63,972 nt of DNA, filler included, from Ministeria vibrans ATCC 50519 (GCA_943704425.1; 9 parts of 9 records of this genome joined end to end with filler, not necessarily neighbours in it), one strand, 5' to 3'; counted from the first letter of the whole stretch, positions 1 to 18,604 are shown. The notes: generated by a model from the letters alone, not told the origin. Numbers and translations are program-made.

Positions 1-47
1 CACACACACATACGCACCACAAAGACAAACAAACACACACATACAAA

Positions 48-91
<44 letters not shown>

Positions 92-96
92 CACAC

Positions 97-172
<76 letters not shown>
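1..172. repeat. (CA)n microsatellite, probably in an intron of the sulfatase gene
   Basis: Direct reading: near-perfect CA dinucleotide run. Confidence 0.95.
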
Positions 173-174
<2 letters not shown>

Positions 175-207
175 TCATTCTCTCTCCTCGTTCTATATCA
201 TGTGACT

Positions 208-1412
208 AACAATCGGTCTCGGCACACATTGCATAGTATGTCTGGCGAGTCTTGAGGATGTCTGCGTCGCTCATGTCGCCCCACACATTCTTTGACTGCG
301 ACATGTACGAGTCAGCTGGATGAAACTGCTCGCGTGGCAACCAAGGTGGTGGTGTGATAAGCTCGGGGTGCGTCATTGCCAGCCAGGTGGCATTCGTGTC
401 GAACGGAGGCTGAAACAATAAGTGGGGTGAGTATATGTGAGACACGCAGAGCGCAAAACCCAAGAGCGCAAAGAGCCCTTACGTGTGGGATGTTGAGCGA
501 ACAGTACAGCATCCAGTTGTCATTGCCGCCGTGCTCAGGATCGTGTTGTGACAAGAAGTCAATGCACTTCTCGATCATTTTCCAGTCCTCTACAGACAAG
601 AGAAAAAGACAACAACACGGATCAGAGAGGCGTTCAACGACCGCAACGACCACACTTGCCAGGATGAACATTATTGTCTTTTTCGTTTGTAATGGCCTCT
701 GGGGTTTGCTTGGTGGGCAATCGAATATCGGCAGCACGAGTTAAAATGGACAGACTTGGTCCGGAGTGGAAGCTGGGGAAAAAGGAAGAAGAGTTGCGAG
801 TGTCAGACAGAGCGTGAGATGATATGCCATCCACGCATTGCACCTACCCGGCGACCGTGGCATTTTCCTCGCCCGTCTCCTCGATGAGCCCCGCGCCCAC
901 GTCGACCTTCCCATACAGGTGCGTGTTGAAGTTGAGGGTGCGCATTGCGTCGACAATGGTTGTCGTCACATTGTTGCCCTTGCCGAACTCCGTGCACTGC
1001 TCTTCGCTCCAGACCTTTTTACAGACCGGGTCCACTGTCCCGTCCACCGCGACTCCGATGCCTTGCCCTAATAAAGCAGAAGGATGAGCGAAGTTGTATT
1101 GTTTGTTTGTTTTGATTGCTCGTTACCGTTATTCCAGCATTGGATTTGGTCGGTGCGTCGTCCAGTGAACATGGTGGTTCTTGACGGCACGCACTGGGGC
1201 GATGCGGCGTGTGTTCGAATGAAGTTTGTGCCGCGCAAAGCGAGTTTTCGCAAATTGGGCATTTCCATCCGGAGCGACACAGGCGACGTCGGGTCGAGCA
1301 CACGCCCATCCATCGAGTCGCACATGAGAAACAGGATGTTGGGTCGGGGGGGCGCACTGGATGTGCCGCACACCAATGCAGTGAGCACGACGACGCTCAA
1401 GATGCACTTCAT
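208..1412 (-). CDS. ARSK: Secreted arylsulfatase K-like sulfatase, multi-exon, 3' end beyond the window start
   Basis: Signal peptide MKCILSVVVLTALVCGTSS, then PNILFLMCDSMDGR and the formylglycine motif C-V-P-S-R (SPQCVPSRTTMFTGR). Later exons give YCSLNIPH and IRxxYYAMCAETD-like KTRQTYYAMCAETD, characteristic of ARSK. Confidence 0.85.
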
Positions 1413-1502
1413 ATGACTGAAGTAGTGAAGTTTCGATTTTGATTTAATGATTTTTGAATAGTTTTTTTTTTTTTTTTTTTTTTTGGTAAAATTCAACAGA
1501 CC

Positions 1503-4422
<2,920 letters not shown>

Positions 4423-4488
4423 AAACGCCAATGAATGGAGCGTTCGCGACCGACATATTATACACACAAAAAATACAAAGATACACAT

Positions 4489-5839
4489 TTATTGAAACAT
4501 GGACAGGAGACGTTGTTGCATGCGGGGACGCAGTGAGGCGTACCAAACGCGCACACGCCGCTGGTGGTCGCACAAACGTTTTGTACTCCACTCGTCGAGG
4601 CGTAGAGACGGCAGCGAAGACCAGGAGTCGATGTAGAGCACAGGGGCCGCCGTGCTCTCGAGCAGCGCAAACGCTGCGTCGCCATGGCATTTTTGCGCCT
4701 GCTGTGATGGCTGGGGTCGTTCGACAATTGGAATAGAGCCTTGGCTGGCTGCCTCAAAGATGCGATAGGAGAGAGGGTGGGCGCCAGCAGGGCACAGCGT
4801 GAACCAGGCGCGTCGAAGCGTCGAGAGGTGATCGATTGACTCGCTCGGCGTGTCATGCACTTGCCATGTAGTGCGCGTGCGCAAGTGGCAGGCGACGCTC
4901 AGTATTGGGTGGCTTCCAATCACCTGTTGCATAAGGACACGCGTTGAGCCGTCATACACAGTGCCGACAAAGCCGCAGAGAAGATCTCGGTCGTGAGCAG
5001 CGCAGGGCCGCGAGAGGGACGTGTGCTCGTCGAGGGCTGCCGTAGGAAAGTGTCGGTAGGCGGCGACACCGAGGGGCCATTCGTGCACGGGAATGGATGG
5101 GAACTGCTGACGTGCAACCTGTGCGAGATTGATATCGTAGTACACGAGAAGGATGCCGGAGAGAAGAGGCAGGTAGGGCTCGAGCCACGGGAGATTGTCG
5201 CAGGTTTCGGATCCGTGCAGAAGCAGAATCACACGAGGCACACTAGAGGATCGTTGTCGACGCTGTTGGATCTCGTTGAGCCATTTCTTTGCCTCGGACA
5301 CTTTGCGCGCTTCGCGTCCATTCAGGACCAGCAGAATGTTGCTCGCCCTCTTCGGCACCTAGATACCAAATTACGACACATTGTCGACGCAAGGTTAACA
5401 CACAGCATAGGGTGAGACAAACGTGCTGCCACTCAAATGCTAGCAATCACTAGACCTTGTGGGGCACAACACCGACGCCCATGCGCAAGATGAATTTGAT
5501 GGGACGACTGTGATGCACCGGATCGGAAAGAGATTTCTCGCCGTACTGCCACACGCCGCCAAGGCGGTTCTCGTATGTGGCATCCAATATGTACTCCCAC
5601 AGATAATGTACGACGGCAGCCTTGCCCCACACTTCAACGGTGAGCGGCAGCGCTCGATCGGACAGCGCTCCCTCGTTGACACTCTTGACACTGATCGACT
5701 TGACTGACGGCGACGGTACTGGGACCCCCGAAGGTCGCTCTGTCCAGCTCTCGCGTCTTCTGGACAGCACATAAAACAGAACAATCGCAAGAGCAATGAT
5801 GCCACTGACACGGCGGCCGCAACCGCGTCGTCTTCGCAT
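4489..5839 (-). CDS. RXYLT1: Ribitol-phosphate xylosyltransferase RXYLT1/TMEM5-like type II membrane glycosyltransferase (2 exons)
   Basis: Basic N-terminus and TM segment, then VEVWGKAAVVHYLWEYI, LVLNGREARKV, LHGSETCDNLPW, EWPLGVAAYRHFP, CGFVGTVY, TLCPAG..SYRIFEAASQGSIPIVE. These are colinear with motifs I recall from human TMEM5. Confidence 0.88.
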
Positions 5840-5951
5840 CGACAACAAAAATAATTGAGTGTTTCAGACTATTTGACTTGTGACACTATTCACTTCAGAG
5901 TTGAGAGTTCACTGTTCAGTCGTCACCAAATTATTCAACACCTCATCAAGA

Positions 5952-7642
5952 ATGGACACTTCTAAAGAGAACGCATCTGTTGCTGGCGACAGTGGTGGTG
6001 GTGGTGGTGGCGGCGGCCATGCTAGTATCGCGAGTGGCGAGAAGGCGCCGGCACCAGCGCCGTCTGCCGCTACCTCAGCTGCCCCGACGCCAAGCGACGC
6101 CAAGCCGCCCGTGTCAGCACCGTCGGGTGCGGTGCAAGGCTCCACGAGCACTCGGAGCGAGCTGTCGAGCAGCCCCAACGAACACAACAAGACTAAATCA
6201 ACCGTTTCACACGAGGGAGGGCGCTCGACGACCGCCTCGTCCCATGGCGCTGCCGGCAGTCCGCGAGCGACAAGAAGAGAGCGTTCGACGGCCGGAAGCG
6301 CGTCGCACGAGTCGAGCGGCGCGGCAGATGGGCCAAGTGAGTCTCGAAAGAATTCCGAGCCCACGACCGGACGGTAAGTCGTCAAAATATCGCTTCTCTC
6401 CTTCCTTTCTCGACGACCTCGCTCCCCTGCGTGATTGGTAGTAGTGCCACCTGTACTCTGCCAACGGCACAATGCCTGTTTGGCGCTCCCTGCACCGCTG
6501 ACATTTGATTTTTTTTTTTTTTTTCTTTTCCATTGTTCTTTTTTTTCCTTCTTTCCCCGTTGCGGTTTCTCAGCGCACGCAATGCGGCCACGAACGAGCG
6601 CGGTGGCTCTAGTCAATCGAGTGGGACTGTGTCGTCTCCGAAGCCACCACGCGCGGCCAAAGTGGCGGCGCGCGTTGTGGTAGCGTCGGATGAGCATTCG
6701 TCGTCGTTGAGAGCGCGCAAAGGTATATGACAGACCGGTGTAAAAGAGAGACTGATGTGATTGTTGGCGGTAGGGCGAGGGCGTGACGACGAGTCGACGA
6801 ACAGCAGTCGAAGTGGCCGAGGTACTGGTGGTAGCGCCGCCGGTGGTGGTGCTGCAGTGGGTGGGGGGTCGTCGTCGACTTCGTCGAGTCGTTCTGAGCG
6901 CACCAGCAACACAGCGGGCCGATCGAGTCGAAGTGATCGCGAGCGTACGTCGCATGCGCACTCGACGTCTTCGTCGCTTTCCTCGCCCGCAATGGACGCG
7001 ATGAAGCGGACAGCAAATTCGTCTGGGCGAATGCCTGGCGGTGGTGGCAGTGCTGGCGCAGTGTCGAGTCGAGGCGTAAGCGACCATTTTCCTGCAATGT
7101 ATATTTTTTTTTGCTGAGCATATATGTTTTCTCGTAGATGGGCGGTGCGGGACAGCCAAAGGTTTCGAATGGACGGGGACCGTTACTGAGCTCGGGGATG
7201 GTGGCGACCGTGTCGACGGTGGGCGGTCTGGGCCATGTCGCGCCCAATAGTAGCAGTTCGCTTGGCGGTGTTGGTGGACCGGGACCGACGTCAGTATCGA
7301 CAGCAAATGTCACGAGTGTGGCAGTAGACGGGTTGTCGGGGACGGCATATACCTCACGACAGGGCACGCGCTGTGTATTTATTGGCGATGTGCATGGCAA
7401 ACTGACGCGCATCAACTCGCTCATCCACAAAGCGCACGCAGCCTTTGCGGTCGTGACGGGCTCCTTTGGCTTCTACGACGCGACCAGCCATGCGAGCCTG
7501 AGCGAGTCTCAACTGCGCGCTGCTGCCATTGCGCACGAGTCCAATGCCAGCGAGCGGAAGCGCATCGCCGCCCTGTCCGACCGAGGTACGCGACCCATGC
7601 AACAAATAATTATAATTATGATAATGATTATAATGATTATTA

Positions 7643-7715
<73 letters not shown>

Positions 7716-9138
7716 ATTAATAATTTATTTTATTCTTATTATATTAATTATTTTTGTGTTTTTTTCTGCAATTTTTTTTTTACATTAGAGCTACGAGAGG
7801 CGATACGTGGCGACGCAGGAAAGCTCAGCGAGTTTACTCTCTTTGTGCGAGGGGAACGCAAGTTTGTAGCGCCCGTGTTTGTCGTGTGGGGTGCGCACGA
7901 GGACATGTCGGTGGTGGAGCGACTGCGCACGGGCGCACAGCGTATTGATCAGCTGAGTTTGGTGCACGAGAGCGCAACGCATTTGCTTCCGGGTGACATC
8001 AGGTAAGTTGACGAGTGAGCTCACGCGACAAACCATCTGATGTGCCTGTGGTTCTTCTTAGGTTGTTTGGTCTTGGTGGCGAAGTGGTTCCAGAGCGACT
8101 GTTTGATCATGGTGATTGCGACGGAAGTGTGAGTGTGATGGGTGGTCAGGGAGGGCACATGTGGGTGACAATGATGCAGCTGGGGGCGTTGCTGCAGTCG
8201 GCGGACACGTTACACGACACGCGGGAGACACGCGTGCTCGTCACGCACGACTCGACGGCTCACTCGGCGTTGCTTGCTCTGCTGGCAGTGCACCTGCGCG
8301 CTGATTACACCGTGTCGCGTCAGGGTGCGACGCCCCAGCACTGCTCTGTGGTGCGTGACAGTGACTTGGAGCCATTGGCGGGTCGAGTGAGTGCGAGTCT
8401 TGCTGCCGTGCGAGATGTGTATGCTCAGGCGGAGCCGCATCTGAGCGCACTGTGCACCGAGCAAGAGCGGGTGCGTCTGGAGCGGGCGCTTGTGCTCATT
8501 GACCAGAATGCGACGGAGCCGTGTGCCTTTGCAAGCTCACCCATGTTTCATTTGCGCGTGCCTAACAGCGACGCAGGGCACTTTGTGCTGAGCCTTGACT
8601 CGCGCGGGCGCGCCACACTTCACATTGACTCGGAAGCGCGTGACCTGAGCCACCGCAGGGCAACCTTGCCGTCAGCTGTCGACGACACCGCCGGCAGAGC
8701 TCCCTTGTCAACAGTGGTACGTGACTGAATGACGCCATAATAATACTAATTATTATTATTATTATATTTTTTTTTGCAATTTTATTTCTAATCTGGTTCG
8801 TCTAGAATCACCATGAGAGTGGATCGGGGCGGCACACGGGTTCGAGTGCGGTGGCGGGCACTGGGCCGCACTCTATCTTTGTGAAGAGTGTGCCTGTACC
8901 CGAGTCGGAGGTGCTGGCGCTCTTTGAGCATTGCGGTCCCATTGTGAGTGTCTCGACAATTCGTCCTGGTATTTGGTTTATTGATTTTGAGAATAGCGAG
9001 GCCTTTAATGCAGCTCTGGCTGTGTCGGGACAGGTGAGAAACATGACGTAGTGAACGAAGAAGGGTATTAATCGTCGTCAATGAGCGTAGAAATTGGGAG
9101 GGAAAGCTGTGACAGTGGAACCAAAGAAGAGGAAGTAA
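5952..9138 (+). CDS. DUF2433 / degenerate metallophosphoesterase-like protein with a long Ser/Gly-rich N-terminus and a C-terminal RRM
   Basis: CVFIGDVHGKL..VVTGSFGFYD, then LFGLGGEVVPERLFDHG..GGQGGHMWVTMMQLGALL..ETRVLVTH resembling fungal DUF2433 proteins. RRM: SIFVKSVP..FEHCGPI..WFIDFEN. Confidence 0.72.
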
Positions 9139-9311
9139 AAATCACTGAATAATTATTAAAAACAATAATAATAATAATATTAATTATTAAAATTCTTACA
9201 AAGATCGGGATGCGTTTGTTTATCACCACTGAAAATAATTACAAAAAAGTTAAAAATTAATAAATTTATCAAAAACCAATATAATCTACAACTGAATACC
9301 TGGTGTGTCGC

Positions 9312-11738
9312 ATGTCGGGAATCGTCCTCCACTCGGGCTGGCTCACAAAGTGCAGCGGCTCGCACAAGGTGAGGCAGCGCAGTCAACTTTGCTTTTTGTG
9401 ACACACTCAACTGTGTAGAACTGGAAGCGGAGGTTCTTCAGGCTGCTTGCCCGCTCCCATTCAACGCCGCCGAGACTGAGTTACTATCGCAATGAGGTTT
9501 CAACCGAGGTACCAAACGCAAAACAGTAAAAGGGGGAAAGAAGAAAAAAAGAAGAAAAAAAAAAGTTCGGGTCGCTCTGAAAGCCGTTCAAACCGCCACC
9601 TCCACTTCCGCGCTGCTCAATGTGTACTATACGGCGATGATTATAATGCATTTTCGTGCTTCACAACCGATTTGACTCAGTGCGAGCGGTCAAACGCATT
9701 TTGTGACACCCATGTCAAAAAGGACAAAATGCGCTGTGTTGGGCGGCAATGGGCAGTGCAGTGGTGCGTGGCGGGGCCTGGTGGCGGGGAGTGCATGGCG
9801 GGCACGGTGGGCGGATGTACTGACGGTCTTGCGTAGCCCCTGGGCAACATTGCCATTGAGCGGTGTCGGCCCATCCAGCCGGCTACGTCGCCCGTCGCGC
9901 GCAAGTACTGCATCATTGCCGAGACGCCGTCGCGCACGTACGAGCTCATTGCCGAGACTGCCGAGGACCTCGACGCGTGGATGCACCACATCAAGAGTGT
10001 GCAGAACCCTTCGGTTGCTCCGCCCGGCACTGACGAGCGCCACTGCATTTGCGAAGGCTGGCTCACCAAGCAAGGGGGCCGTGTCAAGTCGTGGAAGCGT
10101 CGCTGGTTCATGTTGCGCGATACCTTCTTACTTTACTTCAAGTCGGACAAGGTAACAATACGATTATAAAGCATTATAATTTTATCAGAATAATTCTTAT
10201 TATTGTTCTCATTCTTATCATTATTATGATTAAGACGTTTCTATTAATAATATAATAATTAATATTAATATTTGTTATATATTTGTTTTGGATGTGTAGC
10301 AAGCGACTGCCATTGGGCATGTGGACCTGACGTTGTCGACGGCAGTCTACGGTGCGATGCAGGCACAGCTGCCCCAGTTTCCGTTTGCCTTTGAGATTCC
10401 CACGACCGAGCGAGTGTACCTTTTTGCGTGTTCGCGTCGTGAAGATCTTGATTACTGGCTTGATGGCATCTATCGCGCTCTCCAGCAGCACCGCGATCGC
10501 GAAGAGTATTGTTTTTTTTTTGTTTTTTGTTGTTTTATTTTTTGTTTTTTTCTGTGTCTAAATCACATTTGATTTTCCTCAATTTTAGGCGAGAAAGGGA
10601 GCAAATGCAAAAGCGAATGGAGCGACGGACGGTAGAGTGTACGCAAAAGTCACAGACAGCCCGACTGAGCGACCTAGAGGCGGAAATTTTGATGCTTGGG
10701 GGTCAACAACGGGGCTCAGTTATGACACTGTCGGAGTCATCGATGCCGCGGCTGAACTCGCTCGCACACGCACTGAGCAGCGGAACCGGCAGCGACACAG
10801 ACGAAGACGAGTCGGCGGGTGCCTACTCAGCCGCGTATGGCTCTCGTCCCATGCCCTCCCCCGGTGCGGGGGCCGCGCCCCCTCCGCCGCTGTCGGGAAC
10901 GTCCTCGTCAAGACGGACGTCTGCCGTGCACACGTATGAGACGCGCCCAGCGTACGAGCCGGCGTACGACGAGGCGAGCTCTACCTACTCTGATGCCTCT
11001 TTCCATCCGCTCCTTGCACCCCCTACACGTCCTCCACCAAATACTCCTGGCAACGACGACGTCGATGCCGAGGCGACGCTACAGCGCGAGAAAAACGACG
11101 CACGCGACTACGACTATGGCGATCCGCGCTACTACGCCAAAATTGACGTGGACCGTGCGATGAAGCACCAATCGGCACACTTCCCACAGTACGACGAGGA
11201 ATTTGATCATGACGAGGAGGAGGACGACGACACGGTTAGTCTGGCTCCGTCGACGAGCACGTCGATTCACCTCTCCAGCGCCGCTCCACCTCCGCCGCCG
11301 GCCCGTCGCGTCATACCGCGCCCGCCCGAAGAACGCCTCGTTGACACGCCACGCAACACAGGGCAGCCGCGCTCTAGCGATCTCTATGCATACCAACGAC
11401 AACAGCACAAGCTTAAGCAGGAAGCTCAGGCGACGGGATCCCCGTCTCACGATGGCGATGACGTGTACGTCGAGGTGGACCCCGTCGCCGACGAGGGCGA
11501 CTACGGCAGCGTGCACGGCGGCAGTGACTATGACTACGCCGACCCGAGCAATGCAGCGCCTGCACCAGCGCCCGCGCCCAGCCGCAACAAGCCCATGCCC
11601 AAGCAGCAGTCGCTGCGCGTAATTGCTGAGTCCGCTCCGTCACCTCCTCAGCGCTCCTCCTCCTTTGTCACCACCGCTCGTACTAACCTCTCCTCCGCCA
11701 AACCCCCGCCCGCTCTCCCCCCCTCACGGCGTCGCTGA
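9312..11738 (+). CDS. Tandem PH-domain adaptor with coiled segment and Tyr/Pro-rich disordered tail
   Basis: PH1: [13 protein letters not shown]|[29 protein letters not shown]2: [39 protein letters not shown]. Final exon 10590-11738. Confidence 0.88.
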
Positions 11739-12480
11739 CTTCTGTACACCATCCCTCTACTTGTTTATTATATTACAGTATTATCATTAATGAATTTATA
11801 ACGCCTCATATTCTGTCCTTTCACAATAATAATAATAATTGCGCGGGATCGGTATCGTCGCCATTTCTCTCCTTGGACCCACGTGTGGCTGCCGAGAAGA
11901 ACGCCGCCCGTCGAGAAGCTCTCCAGCTCCTCTCGATGCCCCTATTCTCTGGGGGTATTGGCGACGAAACAACAAGCACTTCAATTGCGGCGACGGATGA
12001 CTCAGCGCACAAGCTGTCACTCGACGAGGCACTTGCGCAACTGCCTTCGCTGGCACGAGCCTTCGATGGTGGCAATGAACGTGCCAGACGGTCTGCAGTT
12101 GGATGGACCGGGCAAGGGCGTAGGTGCCTCGAGCAGCCATGGCCTCGAGTTGCCACCGGGGTGTGAGCACTTTGTGCTTGAGAAGAAGAAGAAGAAGGTC
12201 ATGGATGATGGATGGGCGTGAGGGGAATGTCAAGAAGAAGAAGAACAAGAGGGCGATGGTTGGCGCTGGTCTGATCGTGCAAAGCATCTGCCAGTCTCCT
12301 ACTCGTCCATTTATTTGTTTGGACACGTTGACGCTCTTTGGCCAGGAGTCTGTCTCAACTCTCCCTAGCTAGGTAGGTAGGTAGGTACAGCGTACATTCG
12401 CAATCACGCCACACTCGAAAAACAGTTGAAAACAAAATCATAAACCCTTCATAAACCTTCCATAAACCCCTCTCCAGTCT

Positions 12481-13401
12481 CTAGACATGCTCAGTACTAC
12501 AGTCTACGGGAGTGCGAGCATAGCGCTCGAGGTTCTCCTGAATGCTTGCGGCGGTATCTTTGTCAAACAACGACACAGCCACATCGCGCACCAGACGACG
12601 CACAGTTGAACGACTGGACTGCTCGCACGGACTCAGGTGCGCCTCGTTGCCACCGTGGGCTGTCAGGCCGTGAATCCCGTCAACAAGTTCGTTATACTTG
12701 GCCTCAACTGCCTCACTATAAAAGAAGTCTCTCGTCATCGTGTCGCCCATAAACCACGCTCTTGGGAGTTGTCGCACCTTACTGTGATATAGACACTTCT
12801 GCAAACTTTTGCGCGTCACCCATCAGAGTCTGGCGAAGGATGACTCTGAGCTCAGCATCAGTCTTCGCGGCATCATTCCACTTCAACCACGACAGAACGT
12901 CTGACTGATCAATGTCAACTGCGACGTGGAAAGCGAGCGTATGTGTCTTGGCGTTCGCAAATTCCGTCAGAAGTGCCAACGGCAAAAAGTCGCTACACGC
13001 TCGAAATCCGGCCTGCTCAGGCAGCTCTCCCCGGCAAATTACGATACCGGGACCGTGTTCAATATGGTCCGCCGTAATTTGGTACCGCATCTGCAGTGGG
13101 AAGGATGGACGAAATTAGAGAATAATTATTAAATTTTATTTCTGAAGAAAGCTATATTTAGTACGTGAGGCTCGAATAAACAACGCATGCATTTCGCACG
13201 AAGACTGAGCTGGTCCGAAAGCTCGACAAACTTCTGGCCCACGAGAGGCGTGTTGCAGAATGCGAGGTTTTCATAGCGCACTGGTTCGTCCAAACACGCT
13301 TCAGCGTGAACACACGCAAAATACTTCTCTGGTTCGGCAAGGACAGAAGACACGACACTCAGAGCCACGAATCCCACGATGAGGAAGAGCGAGCGGATCA
13401 T
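12481..13401 (-). CDS. Hypothetical secreted protein, with a frame break near 12778-12796
   Basis: Signal peptide MIRSLFLIVGFVALSVVSSVLA; a canonical GTAC..CAG intron joins the 13.2-kb and 13.0-kb ORFs. No family recognised. Confidence 0.5.
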
Positions 13402-13898
13402 GGGCGAAAATAATGTAAATTTATCTTTGATCTTTCGGAGATTTCTGGAATCTTCCCCTGGAATCTTTCTTCCATCTTTCTCTCTTCTCTCTCTCTTCTC
13501 TCTCTCTGTCTCTCCCTCTACTCAAAATGTCTGCGCCTGACGACAGGCTCCACAGCCAAGCGGGAACTCCTGTCCTCCCGGGGGATGCTTGACACCCAAA
13601 GGACTCTCTCCCACCAACTGTTTGCCAAGCGGACCTGAAAAAAGAAAAAAAAAACAATAAAAGAACAGAGCGGCGGGACGTGCTTACAGCTGGGCATGAA
13701 TATCGCTTGTGCAGTTGTGCCTGTTCCTCTGGTTACTTATTAATAATATTAATTATAAATGATTTTTTAGTATTATTATTATTATTATTATTAGTATGAT
13801 CACTTTAATTAACATAAAAATTATTATTATTATTATTGGAACTATTTTAATGATGTACAAAATAAATAAAAGAAAGAATCGTAGGAAGTGTTGGGTAG

Positions 13899-15959
13899 CT
13901 AGGTTGCAGAGGAGTGACGACCCTTTTTGGCACTGCTCTGAGTGGGGCGCATGAAAGCAGGCACAGAGGAGGCGGAGGAAGTGGAGGAGGTGGAAGAGGT
14001 GGAGGCAGTGGAAGGGGCGGGGGGACGAGTGCGCGCCGAAGGAGGGGGTTGAGAGCGACGGGAAGACGTAGTGGAGGAAGACGTGAGACGGGCACTGCGG
14101 GTGGACGCGGACGTTGGCCTGGAAGTTTGCGATGCGGAACGCGATGATTGTGTTGGATTCATGTAGCTTGGGCGGCTTCGCGGTCGCGTGTCTTTGCTTG
14201 TCTTTGGCGCGGTATTTTTGGTCGCGGACTCTTTGTCTAACAAGACAGGCTCTTCCGCTGGTGTCGGTTGAGGCAGAGGGGGCGTAGACTGACTCACCTC
14301 TGGCTCGGAGATTGGAGCTGCGCACTGTTCAATGGCGTCCGCTGCTTCTGTGGATTCCACGGACTCGCTCGTTCTTTCACTTTGTTGTAGCGGTACATCA
14401 CACCCGCTCGTATCATCTACGTGGTCTTGGCCATGACCACCGACGGGCGCGGTGTCGTTCATATTGCCATGATTTTCCTCTGGCTCCTGCTCTGGGTCAG
14501 CCTCAGGAATATTGACGGGCAACCCCTCCTGTGCTTCCTTGACAGGCAACCGCTCCTGTGCTTCCTTGACAGGCAACCCCTGCTGTGCTTCCTTGACAGG
14601 CAACTCCTCCTGTGCTTCCTTGACAGGCAACCCCTCCTGTGCTTCGACAACTGTGTCACTGGCGGAAGGCGATGATGTTGTTGAGCGACGCTTTGACGTA
14701 GAGGCTGCCTGAGCGGACGCATTGAGCTTGAGACGGCCCGTCCCGTCAATGCCACTGAGCTGCGACGCACCTACTCCATCTGCCTTTTGCCCGTGTTTTT
14801 CTAGATACACCGAGAGAGTCTCCCAACCACCGCCTACGCGCACCATAACATGGGTACGCAAAACACGCACGTAAACGCCCTTGGACTCGGTACCGACGAC
14901 ATACTTGCCGCGTGAAACACGACGCAGAGACACCCCCCAGTCGCCATGATCGACGACGCGTCCCACCTCTGCGTCAATGTCATCGTCCTTGACGGCATGG
15001 TATCGTCTGCGACGTGTTGCTGTGACACGTGCTGCCGCTGCTGCAGAAGCAGCAGCGGCACTGTCAACACTACTGTCGTGGGTGTCATCGTCCTTGTCTT
15101 GGTCGCAATCGGGTGGGGAGCGCGCGTGAACGGATGATGATGATGTCGCTCTCGAAGAGGGACGCACGCCACCCGCCGAAGACGGTCGCTCGCCCATAGT
15201 GCTCCCGCGTAAAGATGGTTGTTGTTGTGGCGCCAGGGCCACTGTTTCACGGAGGTCTCGAGTTGCGCTGGCGGGCGCAGTAGAGGGTCGCTGGAAGAGT
15301 GCGCCTCGGATGGGCGTTGTATCACCGCTGCGCTCGAGGCCGTCGATTTCCATTTCCATAGCAATCAATTGAGAGGGTGCAAGGCCCACGCGAACGCCAT
15401 AGCGCACGCATTCGAGCTAGGGAAAGGGAGAGAGAAATCAAAATTAATACGACCTGATGTGAAGAGAATATTTGACCATATGGCGCGGTCATGGTACAAG
15501 GCAAGTGACGACGTTGGCCGACGTCTGACGGACACGATGACTGATCAGGTCGTCCGACTCAAAGAGCACTTTGATGCGGTGTGCGCGAGCCCACTGCAGG
15601 AACTGGGCAATGTTGTCGCGCGCGGCAAACGACGCCGGCTTGGCGCGCATGTCGACGGCGACACGCGCACCGGCGTCCATCAGCCGCACCAGCCGGCACA
15701 GGTACACGCCCGTGCCCAATGCGTCCATCAGCGCATCCTCTGCAATCCCCCAAAACGCGTGTGAAACGCGTGTGTGAGTCGCAAGACAGATCGAGAGAGA
15801 TACGCGCACACCTTGGATTTCGCTGTCGAGCTGCAGAACGACCGAGAGCCACTCCGCAATGTCTTCGCGAAGGGCCACCATCAGTTCCCACAGCAACTCC
15901 TGCCGTCGCTGAGTTCTTGGCGAGCCGCGCTTCTTGTTTTGCCATTCAGACTTTGACAT
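13899..15959 (-). CDS. GAS2-like actin-microtubule crosslinker (CH domain + GAR domain + basic Ser-rich tail)
   Basis: CH: [44 protein letters not shown]: [38 protein letters not shown]. Confidence 0.92.
14511..14645 (-). repeat. 30-bp coding tandem repeat (about 4.5 copies, [10 protein letters not shown]-type) in the GAS2-like gene
   Basis: Repeating cctgtgcttccttgacaggcaac unit on the + strand. Confidence 0.9.
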
Positions 15960-16157
15960 GATTGAAAAGTGATTGAAAAACTTTGGGTTTGATCTTTTTA
16001 AATTAAATCTTATTTATCTTAAATCTTTTTCCCTTGTTGCTTCGCTCTCTCTCTCTCTCTTTCTCTATCTAAGTACGTTTACTAATTACTGCGGTTCAAT
16101 GTGTTTCTCTCTGGATCACTCATCCGCGTGCTCCCGTCTCCCCGCCCAGACACAGCC

Positions 16158-18604
<2,447 letters not shown>

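Noticed and set aside
11796-12372. Short ORFs between the PH adaptor and the secreted-protein gene
   Set aside because: No recognisable motif, consistent frame or splice structure.
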